Shown piece after piece: positions 1 to 9,560 of a stretch of 64,000 nt of DNA. Below the pieces are notes generated by a model. It was given only the letters and a program-made list of their open reading frames with translations. It did no database searches and was not told the DNA's origin. A program made the translations under genes and the position numbers. Each line of letters opens with the position of its first letter. The stretch's first letter is position 1. The stretch spans positions 15,129 through 79,128 of the forward strand of contig JAJPHT010000033.1 of the NCBI GenBank assembly GCA_021325135.1. Reading direction: 5' to 3'. Source of the stretch: Pseudomonadota bacterium. Its GTDB lineage: Archaea; Thermoplasmatota; SW-10-69-26; JACQPN01; JAJPHT01.

Positions 1-56
1 GCCGGGGGGCTACGCGCGCGGAAGGCCGATCAGGCTGCCCGACGCTGGCCGCGCGC

Positions 57-488
57 ATGCGCAGCCTCGTCCCCCTGGCCGCCCTGGCCTCCCTCCTCGC
101 TCTCGCGCACCCCGTTGGCGCGGCGCTCCCGCCCAACGCGGTGTATGCCGCCCACGGCGCGGTCGCCACCGCGGACTTCGTCTACGACGGCCCCTGCGTC
201 GGCGAGGGCACCGTGACGCTCGTCGTCCACTCCGCGGGCGGCGACCAGACGCTCACCGCCGCCGTCACCAGCAGCGCGGTGGGCGCCACCTGCGGCTCGG
301 GCCTGCGCTGCAACGGCTGCCCGCCCGTCCCCGAGGCGTTCGAGTGGGAGCTCAAGGGCGACGGCGTCCTCCTCGTGGGCGGCGGCCCCGCCGTGTACGA
401 CACCTACGCCGACCGCCCCGTCGCGTTCCAGCTCCAGGGCACCTTCCTGGGCGGCGACTTGGAGGCCCACGGCACGATCCCGCTCTGA
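57..488 (+). CDS. Secreted hypothetical protein
   Basis: Signal peptide (MRSLVPLAALASLLALAHPVGA), GC3-rich codons, Cys cluster CGSGLRCNGC. Confidence 0.75.
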   Translation: MRSLVPLAALASLLALAHPVGAALPPNAVYAAHGAVATADFVYDGPCVGEGTVTLVVHSAGGDQTLTAAVTSSAVGATCGSGLRCNGCPPVPEAFEWELKGDGVLLVGGGPAVYDTYADRPVAFQLQGTFLGGDLEAHGTIPL

Positions 489-576
489 GCCCAGGTCATT
501 TCACAGGAGTTCTCCACATTTTCCCCGACACGGCTTTCTATTCCTCGGCGCTAGCCGCTGCGGGAGGCCCTCGTCC

Positions 577-2994
577 ATGAAGGCCGTCGTCGCGCTCATC
601 GCCACACTGACCCTGCTGCCCATCCTCCTTCCCGCCACCGTCGCCGACACCCCCACGGTGCCCATGCCCTCGTCGCTCTCGCCCCTCACCCCGCAGGTGA
701 GCGACCAGGGCGTCGCGCCCCTGGACCAGCCCGTCCGCGTCGTGGTGGGCCTGGACCTGCACGACAAGGCGGGCCTCGACGCGTTCCTCGCGCAGGCCTC
801 GGACCCCCGCTCGCCGGAGTTCCAGCACTTCCTCACGCAGGACCAGTTCAACGCGCGCTACGGCCCTAGCGCCGACCAGGAGGCGCGCGTCGTGGCGTGG
901 CTCACGCAGGCCGGCTTCCACGTCACGAAGCGCTTCCCCAACCGCCTCCTCGTCGAGGCGCAGGGCACCAACGCCGCGGCCCAGGCGGCCTTCGGCGTGC
1001 CCGTCCACAACGTCCTCTTCCAGGGCCAGCCCCACCTGGCGGTCCTGGAGGCGCCGCGCTTCCCGGCGGACGTCGCCGCGTTCGCCACCGGCGTCTTCGG
1101 CCTGGATGACCTCGTCCAGATGCAGCCCATGAACGAGCCCCGCGCCTCGGTGGGCGGAAGCTGCTGCTCCTTCGGGCCCAACGACATCGCGAACTTCTAC
1201 GACAACGGCAAGTCCTTCACGGGCTCGGGCCAGACCGTCGTCATCGCGGGCGCCTACGCCTGGAAGGACAGCGACAACACCGCGTACAACTCGCAGTTCA
1301 GCCTGCCCGCCATGCCCACCGGCACCGCCCAGGTGTGCGTGGGCTCCGGAAGCGGCTGCTCCTTCGACTCGTCGCAGTCCATCGAGATCGCGCTGGACGT
1401 GGAGATGGTCCACGCCGTCGCGCCCGCCGCCGTGATCAAGAACTACATGGCGCAGACGACGGCCCTCGCCGACTTCCCCACCATGTACAACCAGATCGTC
1501 ACCGACAACCCCGGCCACAGCGTCACCTCGAGCTGGGGCTCCTGCGAGTCCAACTCGGCCTCCAGCTACCAGTCGACCAACGACAACATCTTCGCCAACG
1601 GCAACGCCATCGGCCAGTCCTGGTTCGCCGCCTCGGGCGACCACGGCTCCAACGACTGCAACTCCCTCCTGGGCGGCACCAGCGTCGACCACCCCGCCAA
1701 CGCGCCCCACATGATGGGCGTCGGCGGCACGCACGCCAACTGCAGCCCCGCCATGACCAGCAGCGCGCCCACCTGCGCCGCCTACGGCAGCGAGACCGCC
1801 TGGAGCGGCAGCGGCGGCGGCGCGAGCGCCGTGTTCTCCAAGCCGAGCTATCAGACCGGGTGCAGCGTCCCCGCTGACGGCAAGCGCGACGTCCCCGACG
1901 TCTCCATGGAGGCCGACACCTCGCCTGGCAACTGGGTCATGTTCAACGGCGGCTGGAACGTCGTGGGCGGCACCAGCGACGCCGCGCCCCAGTGGGGCGC
2001 GAACTTCGCGCTTCTCAACCAGAAGCTCGGCGGCAGCGGCGTGGGCCTCCCCGGCACGCGCATCTACCAGCTCTGCGGCACCAGCTCCTTCCACGACGTG
2101 ACCAGCGGCAGCAACGGCGGCTTCTCGGCCGGCGTGGGCTACGACCGCGTGACGGGCGTGGGCACCATCGACACCAACACCCTGCTCACGAGCTGGGGCA
2201 GCGGCGGCTCCGCCTCGGCGCCCAGCGCGCCCGCGAGCCTCACCGCCACGCCGGGCAACGCGCAGGTGAGCCTCTCGTGGAGCGCGGCCGCCGACGGCGG
2301 CAGCACCGTCACCAACTACAAGGTGTACCGCGGCACGACCAGCGGCGGCGAGACGCTCCTCACCACGCTGGGCAGCGTGCTCAGCTACACCGACACGGGC
2401 GTGACCAACGGGCAGACGTACTACTACAAGGTCAGCGCCGTCAACAGCGTCGGCGAAGGCCCCAAGAGCGCGGAGGCCAGCGCCACCCCCTCGGCGCCCA
2501 CCACCGTGCTCCACGAGACGTTCGACTCCGGCACGGGCATCCCCTCCGGCTGGAACGTCACGGGCCTCTGGCACGTCGCGTCCGGCTGCCAAGGCGCCTC
2601 CTCGCCCGCGAACTCGCTCCAGTACAACCAGCCCAGCACGTGCAACTACGACACTGGAGCCACCAACACCGGCGACGCCACGACGCCGCCCATGAACATC
2701 GCGAGCCTCACCCTGCCGAACCTGACGTTCAAGACGAAGTACCAGGTCGAGCACTTCACCGTGGGCGGCCTCGACAAGATGCAGGTGCAGGTGCTCCCCG
2801 CGGGCAGCACGAGCTGGACCACCATCTGGGTCCAGGACAGCTCCACCGCCGCGCAGACCTCGTGGACGACGGTCACGCTGAGCCTCAACCTCTACAAGTC
2901 GACCGGCACCCAGGTGAGGTTCCACTTCGACACCGTGACCTCGCTGAACAACGGCTTCCCCGGCTGGGGCGTGGACGACGTGACCGTGGGCTGA
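577..2994 (+). CDS. Secreted S53 (sedolisin/kumamolisin-like) peptidase with pro-domain, fibronectin type III domain and C-terminal beta-sandwich domain
   Basis: Signal peptide; pro-domain (FLTQDQFNARYGPS); catalytic motifs EIALDVE, AASGDHGS, GGTSDAAP; GYDRVTGVGT; FN3 (VSLSWSA...YKVYR...YYYKVSAVNSVGEG). Confidence 0.93.
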   Translation: MKAVVALIATLTLLPILLPATVADTPTVPMPSSLSPLTPQVSDQGVAPLDQPVRVVVGLDLHDKAGLDAFLAQASDPRSPEFQHFLTQDQFNARYGPSADQEARVVAWLTQAGFHVTKRFPNRLLVEAQGTNAAAQAAFGVPVHNVLFQGQPHLAVLEAPRFPADVAAFATGVFGLDDLVQMQPMNEPRASVGGSCCSFGPNDIANFYDNGKSFTGSGQTVVIAGAYAWKDSDNTAYNSQFSLPAMPTGTAQVCVGSGSGCSFDSSQSIEIALDVEMVHAVAPAAVIKNYMAQTTALADFPTMYNQIVTDNPGHSVTSSWGSCESNSASSYQSTNDNIFANGNAIGQSWFAASGDHGSNDCNSLLGGTSVDHPANAPHMMGVGGTHANCSPAMTSSAPTCAAYGSETAWSGSGGGASAVFSKPSYQTGCSVPADGKRDVPDVSMEADTSPGNWVMFNGGWNVVGGTSDAAPQWGANFALLNQKLGGSGVGLPGTRIYQLCGTSSFHDVTSGSNGGFSAGVGYDRVTGVGTIDTNTLLTSWGSGGSASAPSAPASLTATPGNAQVSLSWSAAADGGSTVTNYKVYRGTTSGGETLLTTLGSVLSYTDTGVTNGQTYYYKVSAVNSVGEGPKSAEASATPSAPTTVLHETFDSGTGIPSGWNVTGLWHVASGCQGASSPANSLQYNQPSTCNYDTGATNTGDATTPPMNIASLTLPNLTFKTKYQVEHFTVGGLDKMQVQVLPAGSTSWTTIWVQDSSTAAQTSWTTVTLSLNLYKSTGTQVRFHFDTVTSLNNGFPGWGVDDVTVG

Positions 2995-3047
2995 AGCGGG
3001 CCAAATCTGGGAAAACGCTCCTGGCGCGGGCGCGCGGTGAAAGCCGC

Positions 3048-3635
3048 GTGCCCGCGCTGGTCGAGCTCTTCACCTCCGAGGGCTGCTCCAGCTGCCCGCC
3101 CGCCGACGCGCTCCTCGCGCGCCTCGCGGACGAGCCCGCCGTGGCCGCCCTCTCCCTCCACGTCGACTACTGGGATGGCCTCGGCTGGCGCGACCCGTGG
3201 AGCGCGCGCTTCGCGACGGAACGCCAGCGCGCCTACGCGCGACGCCTAGGCGAGCGCAGCCTCTACACGCCCCAGATGATCGTGGACGGGACCGACGCAT
3301 TCGTGGGCAGCGACGCGCGCCGCGCCAGGGACGCGCTCGCCCGCGCCGCCCGAGCGCCCAAGGCCAGCCTCGCCCCCGACGGGGACGCCCTCATCGTGCG
3401 CGACCTGCCCATCCCCCGCGCCGAGGCCTGGCACGCGCGCGTGCGCCGCGAAGCCACCACCCGCGTCGAGCGCGGCGAGAACGCCGGCGCCACCCTCCGG
3501 CACGTCGCCATCGCGGAAGCCCTCACGCCCCTGGGAACCGTCGCCGAAGGCGCGCGCCTCGACCCGCCAGGGCCCGGCCTCGTCGTGCTCCAGGAGCCCG
3601 GGCCCGGCCGCGTCGTGGGCCTCGCCCGCCTCTGA
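3048..3635 (+). CDS. DUF1223-family thioredoxin-like protein
   Basis: LVELFTSEGCSSCPPAD, LSLHVDYWDGLGWRDPW, YTPQMIVDG, RGENAG motifs; GTG start inferred inside ORF 1992..3635. Confidence 0.88.
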   Translation: MPALVELFTSEGCSSCPPADALLARLADEPAVAALSLHVDYWDGLGWRDPWSARFATERQRAYARRLGERSLYTPQMIVDGTDAFVGSDARRARDALARAARAPKASLAPDGDALIVRDLPIPRAEAWHARVRREATTRVERGENAGATLRHVAIAEALTPLGTVAEGARLDPPGPGLVVLQEPGPGRVVGLARL

Positions 3636-3639
3636 GCCC

Positions 3640-3960
3640 TCACCACGACCGCGACCCCACGTCGTCGTGCGCGCCCTCCAGCGCCACCAAGACCGCCCGC
3701 CCCGCCGCCGTGAGCGCATACCCGTCCCCTGCCCGCGCCCACGTCCGCCTCGCCAGCCCCAGCCCCACCAGCGACAGGCTGGGCTTGTACCGCGGCAGGC
3801 CCCCCTCCATCACGTCGCGCACCTCCGGCACGCGCACCCCGATGCCGCGGGCCAGCTGCGCCGACGTCGCGAAGCCCAGGCGGCCCAGCTCGCGAAGGCC
3901 GCGAAGGCGATTGCGGGAACGGCGGAAGGAGAGCAGAACGGTCTCGTCGGGGAGGTTCAT
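3640..3960 (-). CDS. Winged-helix transcription regulator, EarA/DUF1495-like
   Basis: SFRRSRNR...QLARGIG...PRYKPSLSLVGLGL...YALTAAG matches the pattern of the archaellum activator EarA family. Confidence 0.65.
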   Translation of the reverse strand: MNLPDETVLLSFRRSRNRLRGLRELGRLGFATSAQLARGIGVRVPEVRDVMEGGLPRYKPSLSLVGLGLARRTWARAGDGYALTAAGRAVLVALEGAHDDVGSRSW

Positions 3961-4052
3961 CGGGGGGTGATGGGCGTGGAGGACGTGAAGGCTCTCCGGC
4001 GATCACACCACGTTGGGCCTGCTCGGGCCACGAGGGCTGACATGTCCGAACG

Positions 4053-4127
4053 TGAGCGAAGGTGGGCGCAGGTGCGGGCGCGTGGCCCGACCTGCCCCGA
4101 CGTTCGCCCCCTTGCCCCGACGTGGAC
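4053..4127. repeat. Dispersed GC-rich repeat, inverted copy of part of the element at 9561-9659
   Basis: TGAGCGAAGGTGGGCGCAGGTG (4053-4074) matches the reverse complement of 9638-9659 at 21/22 positions; weaker similarity continues downstream. Confidence 0.6.
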
Positions 4128-4129
4128 CC

Positions 4130-5617
4130 TCACCAGTCGAACGGCGTCTCCGCAGGCGGCATGTTGAGCACGATGGTCTGCACGCGGGTCATCTCCTCGA
4201 TGGAGGCTCCGATGCCTTCGCGTCCCATGCCGGACTTCTTGTTGCCGCCGAAGGGGAAGTGGCCGACGCCGTGGGCGGGGTAGCCGTTGATGGTGACGGC
4301 GCCGTCCTCCAGCCTCTTCGCGACGCCCCAGGCCTTGTTGACGTCGTTGGTGAAGACGCTGCTGTCGAGGCCGTACTCGCTGCGGTTGGCGAGGTCGAGC
4401 ATCTCCTCCACGCTGTGCACGCGGATGACGGGGAGGATGGGGGCGAACTGCTCCTCCCAGGCGATGCGCATGTCCGGCGTCACGCGGTCCAGCACGGTGG
4501 GCTCGTGGTACTGGCCCACGAAGCCGCCTCCGGCGAGGACCTTGGCGCCCTTGCTGCGCGCGTCGAGGACGAGCTCCTGCGCGTAGGCGACGGCCTTGGG
4601 CGTGATGAGGGGCCCGATGGCGGTCTTCTCGTCGCGGGTGTCGCCCATGGGGTACTTGGCGACCTCGGCAAGGAGCCTGGCGACGAAGGCGTCGGCGACC
4701 TTCTCGTGGACGAGGACGCGGCTCACGGCGTCGCAGCGCTGGCCCTGGAAGCGGAGGCCGCCGCGGGCGATCTCCTTGGCGGCGAGGTCGAGGTTGGCGT
4801 CCTCCAGCACGAGGGCGGCGCCCTTGCCTCCAAGCTCCAGCGCGAGGTGCTTCATGCCGGCCTTGCTGGCGATGCGCTCGCCCACGGCGGTGCTGCCGGT
4901 GAAGCTGATCATGTCGATCCGGGGGCTCTCGGCGAGGACGTCGCCGATCTCGCGGCCGCGGCCGGTGACGATGTTGAGCGCGCCCGCAGGCAGGCCGGCC
5001 TCCTCCATGGCCTTGGCGAAGAAGAGCATGGAGAGGGGGGTCTCGGTGCTGGGCTTCACGACGACGGTGTTGCCCGCGACGAGGGCGGGGGCGACCTTGG
5101 CGGCGGCGATGAAGAGCGGGTAGTTGAACGGCGTGATGGCGGCGACGACGCCACGCGGGACGCGGCGCACGACGGCCATCTTGTTCTTGGTGTCCTCGAC
5201 CCAGTCGCCGGGGATGTACTCGCCGTGCATGCTGCGGGCCTCCTGCGCGGTGAGGCGGAGGCGCTCCAGCGTGCTCTTGACCTCGCCCTTGGCGACGGCG
5301 ACGGGCTTGCCGCTCTCGGCGACGACGACGTCCACGAGGAGGGAGCGGTCGGCCTCCAGCAGGTGGGCGGCGCGCTCCAGGAGCTCGATGCGGGCGATGG
5401 CGGGGACGTCGCGGATCTTGCGGCGCGCGGCGTGGGCGGCGTCGATGGCGGCCTCCACGTCCTTGCGCGCGAGGGCGGGCACGTGGCCCACGACGGAGCC
5501 GTCGGCGGGGTTGGTGACGTCGATCCACTTGTTGTCGCTTGAGGGGACCCACTTGCCGTTGATGAACGCGGGGTAGCGTCGGGCGCCGCCCAGCGTGGGG
5601 GGCTCCAGCTTCGTCAT
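4130..5617 (-). CDS. gapN: Aldehyde dehydrogenase, likely non-phosphorylating NADP-dependent glyceraldehyde-3-phosphate dehydrogenase
   Basis: ITPFNYP, SFTGST, LELGGK, GQRCDA (GapN-like catalytic Cys), EEQFAP, FPFGGNKKSG; start at 5617 or 5626. Confidence 0.8.
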   Translation of the reverse strand: MTKLEPPTLGGARRYPAFINGKWVPSSDNKWIDVTNPADGSVVGHVPALARKDVEAAIDAAHAARRKIRDVPAIARIELLERAAHLLEADRSLLVDVVVAESGKPVAVAKGEVKSTLERLRLTAQEARSMHGEYIPGDWVEDTKNKMAVVRRVPRGVVAAITPFNYPLFIAAAKVAPALVAGNTVVVKPSTETPLSMLFFAKAMEEAGLPAGALNIVTGRGREIGDVLAESPRIDMISFTGSTAVGERIASKAGMKHLALELGGKGAALVLEDANLDLAAKEIARGGLRFQGQRCDAVSRVLVHEKVADAFVARLLAEVAKYPMGDTRDEKTAIGPLITPKAVAYAQELVLDARSKGAKVLAGGGFVGQYHEPTVLDRVTPDMRIAWEEQFAPILPVIRVHSVEEMLDLANRSEYGLDSSVFTNDVNKAWGVAKRLEDGAVTINGYPAHGVGHFPFGGNKKSGMGREGIGASIEEMTRVQTIVLNMPPAETPFDW

Positions 5618-5743
5618 GTGCTCCATCCGGATCGGTCGCCCCTGGGTCCTTCTGATGATAAGTGGCACGGGAGTGTCACCTTCGGACCAGCGGCGTTGGG
5701 CTTGCTTGGTTCCGCGCGGCGGGGCTCGACGAAATGACATAGG

Positions 5744-5751
5744 ATTTAAGA
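5744..5751 (+). promoter_or_regulatory. Putative archaeal TATA box for the cox operon
   Basis: ATTTAAGA in a GC-rich background, ~50 nt upstream of the coxC start. Confidence 0.4.
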
Positions 5752-5800
5752 GCAGCCTTCCGGTTGCCGCGCGCAAGACTCCCCTGGAGGGAGGCGGACC

Positions 5801-6637
5801 TTGGCGCACCCAGCATCGCCCGCACCCGATCATGCGCACGCCGCGGAGCACGCCGGCCACCACGACGCGCACCACGGCAGCTTCATGCCCCTGTGGCTGA
5901 CCCTCGGCACGACGCTTTTCCTCGTGGCGATCCTCGCGCCCCACGGAGTGCGCGCCGACGGAACGTCCTACGACTACCGCGCCTTCGCCATGCTCCCGGG
6001 CTTCCTCATCATGGTGGCCTCGGTGGCGGGCTGGGTCCGCGAGGACGTGGACGAGCTTTCCCACAAGCCCTACCAGGAGGGCATCTCGGACTACCTCGTG
6101 GGCACCATCGTGCTCATCCTCTCCGAAGTCATCCTCTTCGGCTGCCTCTTCACGTTCTTCTTCTGGAGCCGCGCGCACACCTCGGAGTTCTACCCCGAGT
6201 TCTTCCCCCACGGCTCGACGCTGACGCCCATCATCGCCAACACGGTGATCCTCCTCAGCTCGGGCGGCACGGTCCACATGGCGCAGCTCGCCCTGAAGAA
6301 GGACCAGATGAGGACGTTCCGCATCTGGCTGGGCGCCACCATCCTCCTGGGCGTCGCGTTCATCGCGGGCCAGGCCATCGAGTACCGCAATCTCGTGGGC
6401 GAAGGCCTCCTCCCCACGGCCAGCGTGTTCGGCACGTCGTTCTTCTCCCTCACGGGCGTCCACGGCCTGCACGTCATCATGGGCATCGTCGCGCTGACGA
6501 CCATCTGGGGCCTCTCGTGGACGGGCTTCATCCGCAAGGAGCGCGCGAGCGGCGTCGAAGGCGTGTTCATCTACTGGCACTTCGTCGACGCGATCTGGAT
6601 CCTCGTCTTCTCCATCGTCTACCTGAGGCTGATCTGA
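5801..6637 (+). CDS. coxC: Heme-copper oxidase subunit III
   Basis: ILSEVILF, NTVILLSSG, FFSLTGVHGLHV, YWHFVDAIW. Confidence 0.93.
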   Translation: MAHPASPAPDHAHAAEHAGHHDAHHGSFMPLWLTLGTTLFLVAILAPHGVRADGTSYDYRAFAMLPGFLIMVASVAGWVREDVDELSHKPYQEGISDYLVGTIVLILSEVILFGCLFTFFFWSRAHTSEFYPEFFPHGSTLTPIIANTVILLSSGGTVHMAQLALKKDQMRTFRIWLGATILLGVAFIAGQAIEYRNLVGEGLLPTASVFGTSFFSLTGVHGLHVIMGIVALTTIWGLSWTGFIRKERASGVEGVFIYWHFVDAIWILVFSIVYLRLI

Positions 6638-6638
6638 G

Positions 6639-7577
6639 ATGCTTGTCATCGCCGACGTCACCTCCGTGAGCGAGGACCGCTGGTCGGGCCTCTTCGACCT
6701 CTACCTCACCATCGCGCTCATCGTGGGCGCGCTCATCATCGGGTGGCTCCTGGTGAGCCTCGTGCGCTACCGGGCCCGCCCCGGCGCGCCGCGCCCGCCC
6801 GACGCGCCCCTGCCCGGCATGCTCCAGCCCGAGCGCGGCACGGTGCTCTTCAGCTGGATCATCGCGCTCACCATCGCGGCCATCATGTTCGGCCTCGCGT
6901 TCTCCACCATCCACGCGGTGGACGCCATCGAGAACCCGCCCCCCAACGACCCCAGCAACCCGTCCATTCACGTCGTGGTCACGGGCTTCCAGTTCGGCTG
7001 GAAGTACAACTACACGGGCGAGGGCGGCGTCCCCTTCCAGACCATCACGGAGTGGACGATCCCCGTGGACACGGTGATCACCATCGACGTGAAGAGCCAG
7101 GACGTCTGGCACAACTTCGCGTTCCCCAACGGGCGCATCCGCGTCGACGCCATCCCCGGCGAGACGAACCACCTCTGGTTCAAGGCCACCAGCATCGGCG
7201 AGGACCGCAACGCCTGCGTGCAGATCTGCGGCGCGGGCCACGCCACGATGCACGCGGCCATGCACGTCGTGAGCCAGGCCGACTTCAAGACGTTCCTCCA
7301 CGACAGCTCGCAGGCGGCGTACAAGACGCTCGCGGGCAAGAGCCTCGTCAACGCCACCTTCGACGGCTCGGCCTTCGCCATCGCGGGCCACGCCGCCGGC
7401 AAGGCCAGCGCGCTCAACGTGACCAACGCCGGCGCGCAGCCCGCCACCTTCCACCTGCAGGGCTCCGACGCCAGCGTCACCGTGCAGCCCGGCCAGTCCG
7501 GCTACCTCTACATCCCCGCCGCGACCGGCACGCAGACCGTCGTGGCCTCCAGCGGCGCCACCGGGACGGTGAGCTGA
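6639..7577 (+). CDS. coxB: Cytochrome c oxidase subunit II (CuA) with C-terminal extension
   Basis: Two TM helices, GFQFGWKYNY, DVWHNF, DAIPG, CVQICGAGHATM. Confidence 0.92.
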   Translation: MLVIADVTSVSEDRWSGLFDLYLTIALIVGALIIGWLLVSLVRYRARPGAPRPPDAPLPGMLQPERGTVLFSWIIALTIAAIMFGLAFSTIHAVDAIENPPPNDPSNPSIHVVVTGFQFGWKYNYTGEGGVPFQTITEWTIPVDTVITIDVKSQDVWHNFAFPNGRIRVDAIPGETNHLWFKATSIGEDRNACVQICGAGHATMHAAMHVVSQADFKTFLHDSSQAAYKTLAGKSLVNATFDGSAFAIAGHAAGKASALNVTNAGAQPATFHLQGSDASVTVQPGQSGYLYIPAATGTQTVVASSGATGTVS

Positions 7578-7578
7578 G

Positions 7579-9264
7579 ATGAGCGAGAACGTCGTCCACC
7601 CCCACGCGTACAGCGGCCCCACCCGGAAGCCGGCCTACGGCCAGGGCTGGAAGCACTGGCTCTCGACCACCAACCACAAGGAGGTCGGCATCCTCTACCT
7701 CGTCACGTCGCTGGCCTTCTTCGTGCTGGGCGGCACGTTCGCGCTGCTGATGCGCACGCAGCTCTTCACGGCGAACAACACGTTCCTCGACGGCGAGACG
7801 TACAACCAGTTCGTGACGATGCACGGCATCGTCATGATCATCTTCTTCCTCTCGCCCTTCGCATTCAGCTTCGGCAACTACATCATGCCCATCCAAGTGG
7901 GCGCCAGCGACCTCATCTTCCCGCGCTTGAACGCGCTCTCGTACTGGATGTACCTCGCCGGCGGCCTCACCGCCGTCTCGGGCTTCTTCTTCGGCGGCGC
8001 GGCCGCGGGCGGATGGACCATCTACACGCCCCTGTCCAGCTATCACTTCATGCCGCGCATCGGCGTGGACCTCGTCGCCATCGGCATCGTCCTCTTCGTG
8101 GTGGGCGTCACCGTCTCCACCATCAACTTCCTGGCGACGTTCTTCCTGCTGCGCGCGCCGGGCGTGAAGATGATGCACATGCCGGCGTTCAGCTGGGCCA
8201 TCTTCTGGACCGTCGTCATCATGCTCTTCGCCTTCCCGGCGCTGGGCGCGGCGGGCCTCATGCTGGTCATGGACCGGCAGTTCGGGTTCCACTTCTTCGA
8301 CATCGCCAACGGCGGCGCGCTCCTCTGGGCGCACCTCTTCTGGTTCTTCGGCCACCCCGAGGTGTACATCCTCCTGCTGCCGGGCCTGGGCGCCGTCCTG
8401 GACATCATCCCGACCTTCAGCGAGCGCCCCCTCTACGGGAAGCGCACCGTGGTCTGGGCGCTGGGCATCGCGACCGCGCTCTCCTTCGTCGTGTACATCC
8501 ACCACATGTTCACGACGGGCATCAACCCGCAGCTTCGCGAGGTGATGGTCATCACGACGGAGATGATCTCGATCCCCTTCGGCGTCATCTACCTCTGCAT
8601 GATCGGCACCATGTGGAAGGGCCGCATCCGCTTCGAGGTGCCCATGCTCTTCGCGCTGGGCTTCATCACGCTCTTCCTCGTGGGCGGCCTGACCGGCGTG
8701 TTCCTCTCGTCGGTGGCCATCGACTACGGCATGCAGGGCTCCTACTGGGTCGTCGCGCACTTCCACTACGCGGTGCTGGGCGGCGGCGTGTGGGGCGTCC
8801 TCGCGGGCCTCTACTACTGGTATCCGAAGATCACGGGCCGCATGTTCAGCCGCCGCTGGGGCGTCATCCACTTCTGGAGCGGCTTCATCGGGTTCAACCT
8901 GCTCTTCCTGAGCATGTTCTTCTACGGCAAGATGCCCCGCCGCATCTACACCTACGAGGACATCCAGTCCTACGCGGTGGGCGGCAACCTCAGCCTGCTC
9001 AACGCCATGGCCACCGTGGGCGCGTTCACCTTCGGCCTGGGCATCATCCTGATGCTCGTCAACTTCGTCGTGAGCCTCTGGACCGGCGAGAAGGCCGGCC
9101 CCGACCCGTGGGGCGGCAACGAATTGGAGTGGACCATCAGCAGCCCGCCGCCCCCCGAGAACTTCACGCGCACGCCCGTCCTCGCGGAGCACCCCTACAC
9201 GCTGGAGAAGCGGCAGGGCGACGCCGCGGCGGGCAGCGTCGTGACGGGCATCTTCAAGAGGTGA
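7579..9264 (+). CDS. coxA: Cytochrome c oxidase subunit I, A1-type
   Basis: NHKEVGILY, TMHG, GWTIYTPL, WFFGHPEVY, HHMF, VAHFHY, MPRR. Confidence 0.96.
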   Translation: MSENVVHPHAYSGPTRKPAYGQGWKHWLSTTNHKEVGILYLVTSLAFFVLGGTFALLMRTQLFTANNTFLDGETYNQFVTMHGIVMIIFFLSPFAFSFGNYIMPIQVGASDLIFPRLNALSYWMYLAGGLTAVSGFFFGGAAAGGWTIYTPLSSYHFMPRIGVDLVAIGIVLFVVGVTVSTINFLATFFLLRAPGVKMMHMPAFSWAIFWTVVIMLFAFPALGAAGLMLVMDRQFGFHFFDIANGGALLWAHLFWFFGHPEVYILLLPGLGAVLDIIPTFSERPLYGKRTVVWALGIATALSFVVYIHHMFTTGINPQLREVMVITTEMISIPFGVIYLCMIGTMWKGRIRFEVPMLFALGFITLFLVGGLTGVFLSSVAIDYGMQGSYWVVAHFHYAVLGGGVWGVLAGLYYWYPKITGRMFSRRWGVIHFWSGFIGFNLLFLSMFFYGKMPRRIYTYEDIQSYAVGGNLSLLNAMATVGAFTFGLGIILMLVNFVVSLWTGEKAGPDPWGGNELEWTISSPPPPENFTRTPVLAEHPYTLEKRQGDAAAGSVVTGIFKR

Positions 9265-9473
9265 GGAGGGCGCGCGCGATCACCGGCGAGACGCGCGGGT
9301 TCCTCCGCAACGTGGGCGGCCTCCTCGCGGGGTTCGCCCTCGTCATGCTCCTCCTGGACTTCGTGTTCCACCTCCAGGGGATGCTCCTCTGGATGGACGT
9401 GCCCATGCTGCTGGGCGGCCTCGGCGTGCTGCTCTACGCTTGGCGCGCGCCGAAGACGAGCGAGCTGTCCTAG
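9261..9473 (+). CDS. Small two-TM membrane protein, possible oxidase accessory subunit
   Basis: GTG overlaps the coxA stop (GTGA); two hydrophobic segments. Confidence 0.6.
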   Translation: MRRARAITGETRGFLRNVGGLLAGFALVMLLLDFVFHLQGMLLWMDVPMLLGGLGVLLYAWRAPKTSELS

Positions 9474-9476
9474 GCT

Positions 9477-9521
9477 CGCGCGTGTGGGGAAGAAACCCCA
9501 ACCTCAGACCCCACACGCGCG
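9477..9521. terminator. Hairpin after the cox operon (terminator-like or REP-like)
   Basis: CGCGCGTGTGGGG...CCCCACACGCGCG inverted repeat followed by GGTTTTCTTG. Confidence 0.55.
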
Positions 9522-9560
9522 GGTTTTCTTGTCCGTTCAACTCTCGACGGCTTCACGCGC

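Noticed and set aside
538-2925. Long antisense and alternative-frame ORFs (also 4013..5542, 7477..9192, 14776..16767, 32386..34440, 58721..60694 and many others)
   Set aside because: Shadow ORFs typical of high-GC DNA; they overlap genes with clear motifs and have Arg/Gly/Ala-rich composition without recognisable motifs.
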